Shown here: piece after piece, positions 26,456 to 40,303 of the stretch
Layout: every line of letters begins with the position of its first letter
How positions within the stretch are numbered: position 1 is the stretch's first letter
Source: Octopus sinensis
Lineage: Eukaryota
NCBI RefSeq assembly: GCF_006345805.1
Contig: NC_042999.1
Coordinates: 169,322,001 to 169,386,000 of the forward strand
Length of the DNA stretch: 64,000 bases
Reading direction: 5' to 3'
Notes under the pieces: generated by a model
What the model saw: only the letters and a program-made list of their open reading frames with translations
Told to the model about the DNA's origin: nothing
The model's database searches: none
Position numbers and translations under genes: made by a program

Positions 26456-28059
26456 CATCATCATTGTTTTAATATCTACTTTTACGTGTTCACATGGATT
26501 AGGCAGAATTATTTGAGGCTTATTTTCCACAGTCAGGTGCCTTTTCTGTCACTAATCCTCACCTCTTTCCAAGAAAAGTAACATTTCCTCTTAACCAAAT
26601 GTTTTTGTGGAAGATTGGAAACAAAGGACACTGTTTGCATAATGGTGACATTTATTTACAACTATCACTTGAAGCTGTAACTGGCACACTCATATACACA
26701 TATATATGTGTAAGTGTGTGTATATATATATATATATATATAATGATAGGCTTCCTTCAGTTTCTGTTCTACTCACAAAACTCTGGTTAGCTCTGTGCCA
26801 CAGTAGAAGTCACCTGCTCAAGATGTCCCACAATGCAACTGAACCTGAAACCATGGGTGGACACAAATATGCATTAATGAGAAAAATTTCATTCAACCAC
26901 ACTCCCTGCAGGTGCAAAAGTAGGTAGCCACATAGTTTCGTGTTAACATCTAAAAATAATAATGTTTCTATCAATTAGTGAATTCTAAAACAAAATTATG
27001 TGGCCACCCACTCTCACATCTTCTGGGGCCACAGTCAAATGAAATTATACGCATTAAGTATACTCATGGATTGAAAGAATTAAACATAGTGCTTCGTCCA
27101 CCCAACTTTTTCAATTTTCACAGGTTTGTGGTAGGGTCTGCCCCTTCATATGAGAAACGCTGAACTAGCAGGTTAACAGAGAAATTTATATATAAACTAA
27201 TGAATTTGGTCTACTAAAATATTTGTTGCCTAGTCTATTCAGTATATGTTGTTCCTTTAAAACATGAAATTTTACAAGGTAGCTTTAACTGTATATTTGT
27301 TACTGATATTTTTTTTGTGGTTTTTTGAGCATGCTCTAAACAATGGATGTGTAAAATTGCAGAGGAGAAAATGCTTTGCACTAGTTACACTTTAAATCCT
27401 ACCAAGATCAACTTTGTTTATGATCATAAAGCATCATAGAATAAATGGCAATGATGTGCTGGAGTAGTTTTTATGTACAGTACCCTCTCTGTTGCTAAGT
27501 TAAAAATTGTTATTGTTGTTTTTGTTAAGGGAGCCTGGTTGAGTAAAGGCATATTCCCAGCAAGCAAATCTGTGACCCAGTTTCAATTCATGGCTGTAGC
27601 TATTTCAGTTTGTTTACAACTCTTTTGTTATGATAATCACACAACCTTGTTACCTTCTCTCTTCAAAGAAGAAAAAAATATAATGCTAATAATTTTCTTT
27701 CTTACTATGAGCACCAAAATACTCATGCAAGTATCCAGATATTCTTTCAAAGTCTTTTGATGTAAGTGTTGAATGCTGATGTATATTTAAATATACTTGA
27801 AATATTGTTATCCATTTTGGAAATTGTGGCTTGTTGCAATTCATTAAATTTCACTGTTATGTGAAGTAACCATACCTAGCGTTTTTGATTTTCTACTAAC
27901 ACTTTCTTGTTTGTGCACATCCGCATACATATATGTCTATAGGTGTACATGCTTATAGAAAATGGTTTAAGGATTAATAATGACAGAGATTATACTGTAT
28001 ATACATGCATAACAATCTGGACCTTTCTTTCTCTCTCTCTCTCTCTACATACATATATA

Positions 28060-28290
28060 TATGTATGTATATATACATATATATATATATATACATATAT
28101 ACATATATATATAAACATATATATATATATACATGTATATATATATATATATATATATGTATATGTATATATATATATGTATATATATATATGTATGTAT
28201 ATGTATATATATGTATATATATATATATGTATATGTATATATATATATATGTATATATATATATGTATATGTATATATATGTATATATAT

Positions 28291-28338
<48 letters not shown>

Positions 28339-28489
28339 GTATATATATATATGTATATGTATATATGTATATGTATATATATGTATATATATATATGTAT
28401 ATATATATATGTATATATATATATGTATATATATATGTATATATATATGTGTATATATATATGTATATATGTATATATGTGTATATATG

Positions 28490-28538
<49 letters not shown>

Positions 28539-28539
28539 G

Positions 28540-28586
<47 letters not shown>

Positions 28587-28749
28587 GTGTATATATATAT
28601 GTATATATATGTGTATATATATATATGTGTATATATATATATGTGTATATATATATATGTATATATATGTATATATATGTATATATATATATATGTATAT
28701 ATATGTATATATATGTATATATGTGTATATATATATATGTATATATATG

Positions 28750-28784
<35 letters not shown>

Positions 28785-28795
28785 GTATATATATG

Positions 28796-28833
<38 letters not shown>

Positions 28834-28945
28834 TGTGTATATATATATATGTATATATATGTATATATATATATATATGTATATATATGTATATATATAT
28901 ATATGTATATATATGTATATATATGTATATATATGTATATATATG

Positions 28946-28980
<35 letters not shown>

Positions 28981-29143
28981 GTATATATATGTATATATAT
29001 GTATATATATGTATATATATGTATATATATATATATATGTATATATATGTATATATATATATATGTATATATATGTATATATATATATATATATGTATAT
29101 ATATGTATATATATATATGTATATATATGTATATATATATATG

Positions 29144-29174
<31 letters not shown>

Positions 29175-29243
29175 GTATATATATGTATATATATATATAT
29201 GTATATATATGTATATATATGTATATATATATGTATATATATG

Positions 29244-29292
<49 letters not shown>

Positions 29293-29406
29293 ATATATAT
29301 ATATGTATATATATGTATATATATATGTATATATATATATATATGTATATATATATGTATATATATGTATATGTATATATATGTATATGTATATATATAT
29401 ATATGT

Positions 29407-29478
<72 letters not shown>

Positions 29479-29557
29479 ATATGTATATGTATATATATAT
29501 ATGTATATATATATATATGTATATATATATATGTATATATATATATGTATATATATG

Positions 29558-29608
<51 letters not shown>

Positions 29609-29663
29609 GTATATATATATATATGTATATATATGTATATGTATATATGTATATGTATATATA
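28060..29663. repeat. 1.6-kb (TA)n array punctuated by TG
   Basis: Directly visible; source of the three 537-573 aa pseudo-ORFs. Confidence 0.97.
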
Positions 29664-30699
29664 AACTATTCAGTCAGCATGTAAATACATTGATTCGGCT
29701 CATTTTTTTTTTTACTATTCAGATGTTTTCTATCACCCCAACTTAACCCAGTATACATTAAAATTTCCACCATGGTGTTCACATATACACTGATAGATGC
29801 CATGGCAGTATCAATGAGTTTTTAATTACTTGATCAATGATACTATATAGTTATTCCATTATACAATCTTCAGGTAGTCTCAACATGAAACTTTGTGACA
29901 AAGTTGCCTCTTTGAATTACATGCACACACACTGCAGTAGGATCAAACCCTGTAGTTCATGATTGTAAAGTGATCTTCTTAAACAGTCAGCCATACAACT
30001 ACACATATATTGAAAGTCTAATTTTTGTAACGCATCATTGTGATATATAGTCTGTTGTTTGACCCAGTACCATCAGAGATGTCTAACTCATGAATATTTT
30101 CGCTTCAAAAATTAAGAATTGAAATTTGATGATGGCTATACTGTCATCCAAAATTATCTGCAGTGTAACTTCATTCAAAATAACTAAAACTGATAACATA
30201 TCACTAGGATCACTAGGATCATATCTCTTACTCTCCTATGTATCTACATGTACACACATACGTATGTGTGTATATGTATATACACACATGTATATATATA
30301 TATATATATATATTTGTGAGGAGAGGGGTGGCATTTCTTGATAGAATTTGGTTTACAGTTAGAGTTCTCTTCAATAGAAAAAGTTGGCTGTTGAATCTTT
30401 ACTCAGTTTTGACATCTTTACCTTTGCTTTTAAACTGGTTAATTGTTTTTCCCGTTATTTTACTGTGTGTGTGTGTGTGTTTTATTTTAAGTTCATTTTG
30501 TTATTTCAGTTGAAATCTCTCAAATATTTTTTAAAAAAAGGTTCATTTAATTTTGCTGTTTTCCTCTTTGTATTAATATTAGAGATTATGGGTTTAACAG
30601 ATTTGCTTTTCTCTTATCATTTAGTATCCTAAGATTTACTACCACACATCATAATCATCATCATCATCATGTTTTTTTTTTTTGTTTTTCTTTTGTTTC

Positions 30700-31365
30700 T
30701 CTCAGTTTCTAATAGGTGGCTTGATTAGATCTGAGACTTGAGACAAAGAACTTTTTGGAGGATATAAGCAGTGCTTAATAAGGCAGTGTTTTTTTTTTTT
30801 TTATGGTGTCAATATCATATTTGATTTTAAGTTGATCAAGGAATTGTGGCAGATTCTTTTGGATGGACCCCACTGCTCCTACCACTACAGGAATAACTTT
30901 AATGATGGTGTCCCACATTCTTTCTAGTTCCACCTTCAACTTTGCATAGTTTTTGTAATTTTTTGACTTCTCTAACTGCTTCATTATGGTCACTTAAGAC
31001 AGCTACGTCAATAATAAAGATTTTGCTGGAACTATTTAGCCACCAATTTGATGTTCAGTTGTCTGAGCTCAGTCACACTCTCCATTTCTACATTAAAACC
31101 CTACAGAATCTTAGTGCTGTTGTTCTGCAGGACTTCTGTGTTCATATCATTTCTCATCTACATCTAATCCACCGAGTTAACAGAGTTTCCATTGAATGGA
31201 CTGACTCATGGTGGGCCTTGTACTCATGTTGTGCAAGCATCACACAGGCACTGATAATGTGTGTCACTACCTCATAGATAGACTTCATTATGGAGTTGGT
31301 CGCAAGGACCTGATCTTGAACTGCAATAAGATTTCCTGTTACCCTTTTTAGTTCTCTATAACCTA
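30700..31365 (-). mobile_element. 5'-truncated R4/Dong-like retrotransposon
   Basis: LIAVQDQVLATN, THIISACVMLAQHEYK, KYAKLKVELERMW..IKVIPVVVGAVGSI; 5' junction abuts (TAA)n at ~31354-31388. Confidence 0.85.
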
Positions 31366-31384
31366 TTATTATTATTATTATTAT

Positions 31385-31500
31385 TATTTGAAGGCAATGA
31401 GCTGGCAAAGGTCAACTTTGCCTTTCATCCTTTTGGGGTCAATAAAATAAATACCCTCTCCCAAAATTTGCTGGCCTTGTGCCAAAATTTGAAACTATTG
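31385..31500 (+). mobile_element. CORE-type SINE fragment
   Basis: ggtcaactttgcctttcatccttttggggtcaataaaataa. Confidence 0.7.
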
Positions 31501-32614
31501 TTGTTATCTTAAGGCAGTAGATAGTAGAATTGGTAAAGTACTGAATTCAGTAGGCCTGTTGTATTTAGTTACATCCATTTAAAGGAATAACTAAATACAA
31601 CAGGCCTATAATTAGGTGCAACTCCTGTCAAAGTTGTTTTTTTACCCACCTCATTTCATCCTTCCGGAGTCAATAATATAATACCAAACAAATGATTTAA
31701 ATTAATTCACTCATATTCTAATGTTAGAAATCCTTATTTAGCAAGCATCATAGCCTTTTTGTAAGCTACAGACCTTGGTTTTGATTTCTGGTGTTAACTA
31801 TTTCACTTTATATATTTTTAATGTCATTGAGACGTGTGACCATAAAAGTTCTTATTTATCTTTATCTCAAAAATGTAAGTTTTAAACTTATTTTTTTCAT
31901 TATCATTAAGGTGGTGTGTTAGTATAAAAAATTGAAAACCAAACTAAATGGTTGTCATTAATTAATATTTCCTCTTCTTGCTTCCCAGTTTAAATTCTGT
32001 CTGCATTGTTGATTTTGCTCTTCATTCTTATATGGCCAATAAAATAACTATCAGTAATGCTATAGGATCAGTTCCATTGATTTTTTTCTGCCCCAACATA
32101 GAGTATCTCCATAACTAATTAAGAGTTTTTTTTGTTTTTTTTTTTAAACTAAGAGAATAGAAAGTGGACATATATGTAGCAATTATATACTTGCTGACAG
32201 TTTTTTACAGGGGTTTTTTCTTTTCTTTTCTTTTTGTAAATAAAAAAGTGATTAAAAATTTTTTTAAAATATAAAGAAAATCAACTGTAAAAATATTGAA
32301 TAATAAATGCAGAACAAACAATTCTGTGAATGAGTGACTGAAAGCCATATTGTAAAGAAAAAGAAAAACAACTCTGCCGGAATTGCTGGATACTGTTTAT
32401 AAGACAGATTTAAGTTGTTTTCTGACAATTGTTACATACAAATAACATTTTTAAATAAAATACAGACAACATATGCATATATTGTTTTATTATTATTATG
32501 GGAAGTCTATGTATGTATATACAAATGTTTGTAAAATCCTGTTTTTCTGTGGGTGGGCAGTTATATTTTCTCTCCCTTTCTCTTGTGTGTGTGTGCGCCT
32601 ATGTGTATTTATAA

Positions 32615-32659
<45 letters not shown>

Positions 32660-32666
<7 letters not shown>

Positions 32667-32830
32667 ATCCAAACAAGAAAACAAAAAAACACAACAACGC
32701 AAGGACGTGAAACAAATAAAGTATTATTGGACGCTCAGGAAAGAAGGGAAGAAGGAGGGTTTAATGTTTCGAGCGGAGCTCTTCGTCGGAAACATAGGAG
32801 AAGGGAAGACAGAGGAAAAAAAATCGCCAG
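32660..32830 (-). mobile_element. TA-microsatellite-embedded non-autonomous element with minimal hammerhead (32759-32793)
   Basis: Minus strand GTTT-CCGACGA-A-GAGC-tcc-GCTC-GAAAC-ATT-AAAC; second copy at 58590-58785. Confidence 0.75.
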
Positions 32831-32882
32831 TATATATACACACACATGTATGTATTTATATCTGTGTGTATACCTATATAAA

Positions 32883-32933
<51 letters not shown>

Positions 32934-33455
32934 TATATATATATATATGTACATATATGTATATGTGTATATATATGTATACATGTTTATATATATATAT
33001 ATGTGTGTGAGTGTGTTTATATATATATATATATATATATATGTTTATGGATTAAGCAAAGCAGGAGCACATACGAGGATGGAGAGTGTCACTGAAGAGG
33101 TCACAGAGGGATTCTGGACAATGGACTTGAGTTGGAATAAGAACAATAATAAAGGAGTGGAAAAAGAATGTATATTGTGCAAACCACAAAAAATATTGCA
33201 CTTATACTAAATAGAAGCTGGTTAATTAACAGATTGCCATTGCATTGATTGAAGAGTGCTAATTAAGAAACTGTTCTTTTGTAATGATGAAATGTCATTT
33301 CCTGAAACATGCTTGATATCACGTGATGACAAAGTGTTCTGGATCTAAAGAGATGAGTTCAATATCTCATGTGACCACCATTAGCATTAGTTACTACCAG
33401 GCATCTTCTCTACGACCGCGAGTCCACTGCCCTAACCACTGGGCCATTGCGCCTC

Positions 33456-33486
<31 letters not shown>

Positions 33487-33554
33487 TCAAATGTCATTTT
33501 TATATGGTAAATTCTGAAAATTCATTTCGGGGATGTAAGTGTAAATATTCCTGG

Positions 33555-33933
33555 CACATGGCACACAAGAAAACCATCCGAACGTGGCCGTAGCCAGTAC
33601 CGCATCGACTGGCCTCCGTGCCGTGGGCACGTAACAAACACCATCCGATCGTGGCCGTTTGCCAGCCTCATCTGGCACCTGTGTCGGTGGCACATAAAAA
33701 ACACCATCCGAGCGTGGCCGTTTGCCAGCCTCGTCTGGCACCTGTGTCGGTGGCACATAAAATCACCCACTACACTCTCGGAGTGGTTGGCGTTAGGAAG
33801 GGCATCCAGCTGTAGAAACACTGCCAGATCTGACTGGACTGGTGCAGCCTTCGGGCTCCCCAGACCCCAGTTGAACCGTCCAACCCATGCTAGCATGGAA
33901 AGCGGACGTTAAATGATGATGATGATGATGATG
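33555..33933 (+). mobile_element. RTE-tail repeat (RTE 3'UTR or RTE-dependent SINE) with internal ~63-bp tandem units
   Basis: Ends ccaacccatgctagcatggaaagcggacgttaaa(tga)n, similar to the RTE 3' end at 40760; units start at 33641 and 33704. Confidence 0.85.
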
Positions 33934-34347
33934 CTGGTTTATGGCTGAAATCTAAATTGCAGGTAACCTTTCAACTTCCCTGGAACAAGACACCAAAATG
34001 CATCTGTGTTGAATACTGTGGGTGACAGTTGCAAACAATTGCCATGAAAACCAATGGCTTTTGTGAACCACCTCATACATTACATGTACTGCCAGTGTAT
34101 GGCTGTTTTGAACTTGCAGGGAGGGCATACATAGTATTGAACATATCATGTGCTACAGTGCTAGATCCGCTCACTACCAGAACACATAACAACAACCCAT
34201 AGACTATGGTCAAAGTGCATCCAAGAAGTTGACTTCATCAGATTTATCAAAACATATTTCAATATCACACACATCTCACATTTCTTTTGCAGTTCAGGGT
34301 AGACATATATGTGTGTGTGTATATATGTATAATTATATATCTGTATG

Positions 34348-34394
<47 letters not shown>

Positions 34395-34459
34395 TGAAAT
34401 AGAAAGATGAATAATCTTGTTGCAATCAACTCCATTTCTTCAATTCACTAATAATATAT

Positions 34460-34526
<67 letters not shown>

Positions 34527-34714
34527 ATGCATGTGTGTGTATGTGAGTAAAAATAAGTTCAAAAAGAACAATTCAAACTTTTTGAAGGATCCAAAAAGAG
34601 AGAAAAAGTAATTTCCAAAAAAAAATTTATATTCATAAAAATCAGGCAGAGCAATTATTAAGAATATGAAAATAATTGAAACAATTCGTTATAGGTATAA
34701 AGATACAGTTCTAT

Positions 34715-35185
34715 ATTTAAGAGATGAGGAATTATGTACATTATTTACATTCGAGAGATATTTACATTTTCTTCAGGTGTCTTGGGGAAATTTCGAACCT
34801 GGGCTCTCATTCCTAAGGCATTTTTCGATATTATTATTATTATTATTATAATTGTTGCTATTGTTCAGGTCACTGCTTGGAATTGAACTTGGAATCTTGG
34901 GGTTAGTAGCCTGTGTTCTTAACTACTACGCCCACGGGCATATGGCATAGTGGTTAAGAGCGCGGGCTACTAACCCCAAGATTCCAAAATCGATTCCAAG
35001 CATTTACTTGAATAATAATAATAAAAATAATAGTAATAGTAATAACATCGAAAAATACTTTAGGAATGAGAACCCAGGTTCGAAATTTCCCCAAGACATC
35101 TGAAGAAGGCTGGAGGGTATATCAGCCGAAACATTGTGTTAACAAGATGAGGACAAATATCCGTCGAATGTAAATAATGTAAATA
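34715..35185. mobile_element. Head-to-head palindromic tRNA-headed element carrying a minimal hammerhead (35096-35139, +)
   Basis: Centre near 34934; A box TGGCATAGTGG at 34943, B-box-like atcgattcc; (TAA)n; ACAT-CTGAAGA-A-GGCTG..CAGCC-GAAAC-ATT-GTGT. Confidence 0.8.
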
Positions 35186-36019
35186 AGGTATAAAGACAAG
35201 TATAAAAATGGAGAAAATACGTAAAATCAAAATCGAATTCAATACGTATGCACATTTCAAAAGACAGTACAAATATTTAAGAAAAAATAATAATTATAGA
35301 GTTATACATTGTCATTCTCATCAGTGTGAAGAATTTTTAGGAAGAATATCAAAAAAGTTATTAATAAAATTCAATAAGAAAAAAACATGGGGTAATGGGG
35401 AAAAATTAAACCGGATATCTACAAACAAGTTGCAAAAAGGAAAAATAATTATACGAGATGAAAAAGAAAGACATATCAATGTGTATACAAGTCTATTTGT
35501 GCAAAAAACTATTACTTAAACGGATATATTTAAAAAATAGTAAAAGATCGAGACAAAACAATGTAAACAAAAACATGTTCACTAACAGAAAAAAGCCATA
35601 GAGAGTCAGACGTATACATATTTATATTGAAACCAAAAATATATATATATATATATATATATATTATTAGAAGCTTTTAGCTAAATAACAAAACTATATT
35701 TAAATTGATTCAGTGAATGAACATGTATGATTTATTCAAAAAAAATCTCCCACTCAAAAATTGACCAGCTCAGGGAACACATTAAAAAATGAATAAGAAG
35801 CAAATATATGAAGGAAAAAATTATTATAAATTCACAAGAAATAAATACTTATAGACCTAACACATAAGAATATACACACATACACACATATGAACACACA
35901 CACACACACACACTTTCATACATACATATACATGAGTACATGTATATGATACATGCACTCAAGATACAAACATATAAATAACAACTACGTATTCACATAA
36001 ATCATATATATATATATAT

Positions 36020-36435
36020 ATTGGGAGGTTTGGAGATAATGTACAGGTATTTTATATTAGAAGAAATGAGGTACTCAGAAAATCGGATGGCTTATATTTA
36101 CAGATATTTATTTGTATATTACAATTTGTATACGTCATATAACTTAGATCATATATTAGCGCTTTCTCCCATTCTAGTGGGGTTTTCAAATCAAACTAAG
36201 TTCCTGGCTGAAGAGTTTTGACCATTTTATAGTGGTATTGAGTTTGTAGTGGTGGGGAGGAATATAAGAGAGTACAAGAGGGTGATGGATGAGGAGAAAG
36301 TGAGAGAGAGAGCATGTGTGTGTGTGTGTGTGGGTTTTTGTATTTGGAATGAGTGCTAAAGAAACAGGGGAAGGGAGAGGGAAGAAGAAAAGAATTTTTT
36401 TGCTCTGCTGGACAGGATGTTTACTCCAAGGGGGG
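36020..36435 (+). repeat. Inverted copy of 37915-38330 (Penelope-associated non-coding segment)
   Basis: High identity by eye over ~415 bp with one small indel. Confidence 0.9.
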
Positions 36436-36993
36436 GGGGTCTAAGATCATGTGGAAAAAGAATTTCAGTTTTGACCATTTCATAGTGTTGTTGAGTGTGT
36501 GGTGGCGGGGAGGTAGACCATAAATTATATTTATTTTTATCATTGTGAGAGAGAGAGTGTGTTTTTGGGTTTAGAGAAGAGGAATTCTTTTTATGATTGT
36601 TTTGTGGAGGTGTGTGTGTGTCTGTGAGTTTGGAGAAGGGAAGAGAGGAGGAAAAAAAAAGAGGAAGGAGAAATATTTGAGTTGATATTTATACCACTAT
36701 ATATATATATATATATATATACATACATATACATAAAATATTAGAAAGAAAACACCTTTTATCAATTCAAAATGAACAATCAAATTACACCATCTAGAAA
36801 ATTCTATATCATAGAAAAGTTAAAATTCAAATGACAATTAAAAAGTAAAGATTAAGTGAATTACAAAAATAATATAATGTATATAATAGGTAATATATAT
36901 ATATATATACACATATACTAAATGCTCCACTATATTAAATTGTAAACTGAAAGATTTGTCCTTCAATGTAAGATGAGTAAAATTTCATAAAGT

Positions 36994-37547
36994 TCATACT
37001 TGAAAAAGAGAGACTCTCCTGTGTTGAAGTTACAAATGACAGAATACAAACTGACAACTACTGAGTCTGTTGTCTGATCTTCAACTGATTTAGTCTAATA
37101 TCTCACTGATTAAATAGATATTAAGTTTTATCATACAGGAGCAACTGGTTCCACAAATCAAAGTGAAATGGTTTCATTCAAATATTAGAATATCCTTTGT
37201 TCAATGTTGTATTTTCAAAAAATCAAAACATATGTGTAGAACTGTGTGTGTGTGTGTTTAATACCGTCCATACTTGAAAAAGAGACTTTATTGTGTTGAA
37301 TTTATAAATGATAGAATACAAATTGACAACTACTGAGTCTGTTGTCTGATCTTCAATTGATTTAGTCTAATATCTCACTGATTGACAGCTCCTTAAATAT
37401 TAAGTTTTATCATACAGAAGCAACTGGTTCCACAAATTAAAGTAAAATGGTTTCATTCAAATATTAGAATATCATTTGTTCATTGTTGTATTTTCAAAAA
37501 CCAAAACATATGTGTAGAACTCTGTGTGTGTGTGTGTGTTTAATACA
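36994..37547. repeat. Tandem duplication of a ~275-bp unit
   Basis: catacttgaaaaagag...acatatgtgtagaact(gt)nttaatac at 36994-37264 and 37268-37547. Confidence 0.9.
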
Positions 37548-37549
37548 GT

Positions 37550-38315
37550 TTACTTAGCAAATTTGGTCCTTCATCTGGTACAGCTTATTATAGAGATATT
37601 TTCAGCCATTTAATTTTGGGGAGAACCTAGCTATGAAATATTTTTCCATATTCCTCCTGAAAGAGGTGTCGTTCTTCGGATATTTGTAGAAGGGAAAAAT
37701 CTTAAATTTTCCTTCTCCACATGTAGCTAGGTGTGTACTTAGTGGTATCTTGCGTAGTTCTTCCTGCCGAACATGTTGTCGGTGAATCCTGGCTCGCTGG
37801 CACAAAGAATTACCAGTTTCACCTATGTAATCCTCTTTGCACGTGGGGCAGGTTATGCAGTATATAACGTTCTGCGTCCTGCAGTTCATATCTGCATTTA
37901 CTTTAAATATGTAACCCCCCTTGGAGTAAACATCATGTCCAGCAGAGCAAAAAAATTCTTTTCTTCTTCCCCCTCCCTTCCCCTGTTTCTTTAGCACTCA
38001 TTCCAAATACAAAAACCCCCCCACACACACACACATGCTCTCTCTCTCACTTTCTCCTCATCCATCACCCTCTTGTACTCTCTTATATTCCTCCCCACCA
38101 CTACAAACTCAATACCACTATAAAATGGTCCAAACTCTTCACACAGGAACTTAGTTTGATTTGAAAACCCCACTAGAATGGGAGAAAGCGCTAATACATG
38201 ATCTAAGTTATATGATGTATACAAATAAATATCTGTAAATATAAAACCGTCCGATTTTCTGAGTACCTCATTTCTTCTAATATAAAATACCTGTACATTA
38301 TCTCCAAACCTCCCA

Positions 38316-38330
<15 letters not shown>
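37550..38330 (-). mobile_element. Penelope-like element 3' part with intact GIY-YIG endonuclease domain (ORF 37602-37997)
   Basis: MNCRTQNVIYCITCPTCKEDYIGETG..L.QRARIHRQH...E.YFIARFSPKLN, diagnostic PLE GIY-YIG. Confidence 0.9.
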
Positions 38331-38370
<40 letters not shown>

Positions 38371-38539
38371 CATACACATATACATATACATACATTCACA
38401 CACGTATATATATACACATATACACATACATACATACATACGCATACATATATACACATATTTAATGGAAAACGGACGTTAAACGATGATGATGATGATG
38501 ATGTGTATATATCCATATATATTTATATATAGGTATCAT

Positions 38540-38700
38540 CATCATCATCATCATTTAGCGTCCGCTTTCCATGCTAGCATGGGTTGGACAGTTCAACTGG
38601 GGTCTGTGAAGCTGGAAGGCTTCGTCAGGCCCAGTCAGATCTCGCAGTGTTTCTACGGCTGGATGCCCTTCCTAACGCCAACCACTCCGTGAGTATATAT
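38540..38700 (-). mobile_element. RTE-tail repeat, truncated
   Basis: Reverse complement of the 33770-33933 tail. Confidence 0.85.
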
Positions 38701-39085
38701 ATATATATCCATTTATATATCAAAAGGACGTATTATAACACCATTTCACATATACAAAAACAGCCTTGCCAACAATCCAACATATGGCCATCCTCAGCTG
38801 TCTGCGTTTGTCCACCCCACCCACCCCAGCATTGCTTGACAACTCCTGTTGATGCATTTACATCGTCGTAACTTAGAGGTTCGGCAGAAGTGACCGATAG
38901 AATAAGAACTAAGCCTACAGATGGGAGTGATGACTTCCCCTCGCAAATATTAATTGGACACAGACAGCATGTCATTAGCCAGCTGGAGGAGATGTCTTCC
39001 TAGGGCTAAAAACAACAGTAACATTGTCCTTTATGGGGCCACCACATTTAGCTGGCAAATATATTTTATGTATGTATATATATGC

Positions 39086-39116
<31 letters not shown>

Positions 39117-39649
39117 TATATATATTGATATATACATGCGTTTGCATATACATATAAATGTATGTCTATGTACATATGTATATACCTACCTACATATATA
39201 TATATGCATGTTTATACATTAGTATATATGCACATGTGCATACATTTGTGTGTATACTTTTATGTGCATGTATTTGTATACGTGTGTGTGTGTGTGTGTA
39301 TGTATATATATTGAGAGAGACAGAGAGAGGGAATATATGTGTGTGCATGTATGTATGTACTTATATATATAATATGCATTGATGTAGGTATGTAAGTATA
39401 ATATATTCATTTTCATCCCTACTGTTTGTTAAAAATATATATTGAAAAATATATATTTTTCGTGTATTTGTTGTGTGAGATTTGCTGTTAGTGTCCACAC
39501 TTGAGAGAATATATTCAGCAGCTGGATTATAATTTCAGCTCTCCCTTTCCTTATTTTTATGCAGAAGTTGGTAATGTATGCCCAGGACCTTCATAGCCCC
39601 ATCAAAACTAGTAAAATTGGTGTTCTTTTTATATAATCCTTGCTCAATC

Positions 39650-40060
39650 ATCATCATCATCATCGTTTAGCGTCCATTTTCCATGCTAGCATGGGTTGGA
39701 CGGTTTTACTGGGGTCTGTGAAGCCAGAAGGCTTCATCAGGCCCAGTCAAATCTGGCAGTGTTTCTACGGCTGGATGCCCTTCCTAACGCCAACCACTCC
39801 GTGAGTGTAGTGGGTGCTTTTTACGTGCCACCTGCACAGGTGCCAGACAGAGCTGGCAAACGGCCACGAACGGATGGTGCTTTTTATGTGCCACCGGCAC
39901 GAGGGCCCGGCGAGGCTGGCAGCGGACACGAACGGATGGTGCTTTTTACGTGCCACCGGCACGAGGCCAGTCGGGGCGGTGCTGGCAACGGTCGCGAAAC
40001 GGAAGGTTCTCTTACATGCCACCGGCACTGGTAACACATCTGCAATTTCCAGTACATTGT
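39650..40060 (-). mobile_element. RTE-tail repeat with several internal tandem units
   Basis: (cat)n-tttagcgtcc...gaacggatggtgcttttta.gtgccaccggcacg repeated. Confidence 0.85.
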
Positions 40061-40303
40061 TGGGAGGTAACCTACAGGCTTGATGTTCTGTTGTAAAGTA
40101 TTTGGGAAAATGGGTAGTGTGAAGCCTGGGTGGTAAGATATTGTTAGAGTTACGGGTGGGTTTGAGTAGAGATGGTATGCGTCTAGCTAGGTTAAGAAGT
40201 AGCAGTTATTTTAGGTAGATCAGATAGCGAGGAGAAAGTATGCTTATGAATCAAAGCTTGTGTGTTGAGTGATTCTTAACCTGTCAGATAGTTTTATTTA
40301 GAA

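Noticed and set aside
27943-29746. ORFs of 537-573 aa
   Set aside because: Translations of a TA/TG microsatellite (YI/CI/YM repeats); the same applies to the other YI/CV/HT-rich ORFs in the track.
33284-33314. ATGATGA...GAAACATGC motif
   Set aside because: Core, stem II and triplet are all defective.
34940-35000. tRNA gene, also at 46310 and 9615
   Set aside because: No 3' acceptor stem or terminator; these continue into repeat bodies, so they are SINE heads.
35208-35519. 103-aa K/N/I-rich ORF
   Set aside because: A-rich compositional ORF within a TA-flanked repeat; no motif.
37545-37590. Hammerhead expected after the GIY-YIG ORF
   Set aside because: Only CAGATGAAGG remains and GAAAC is absent.
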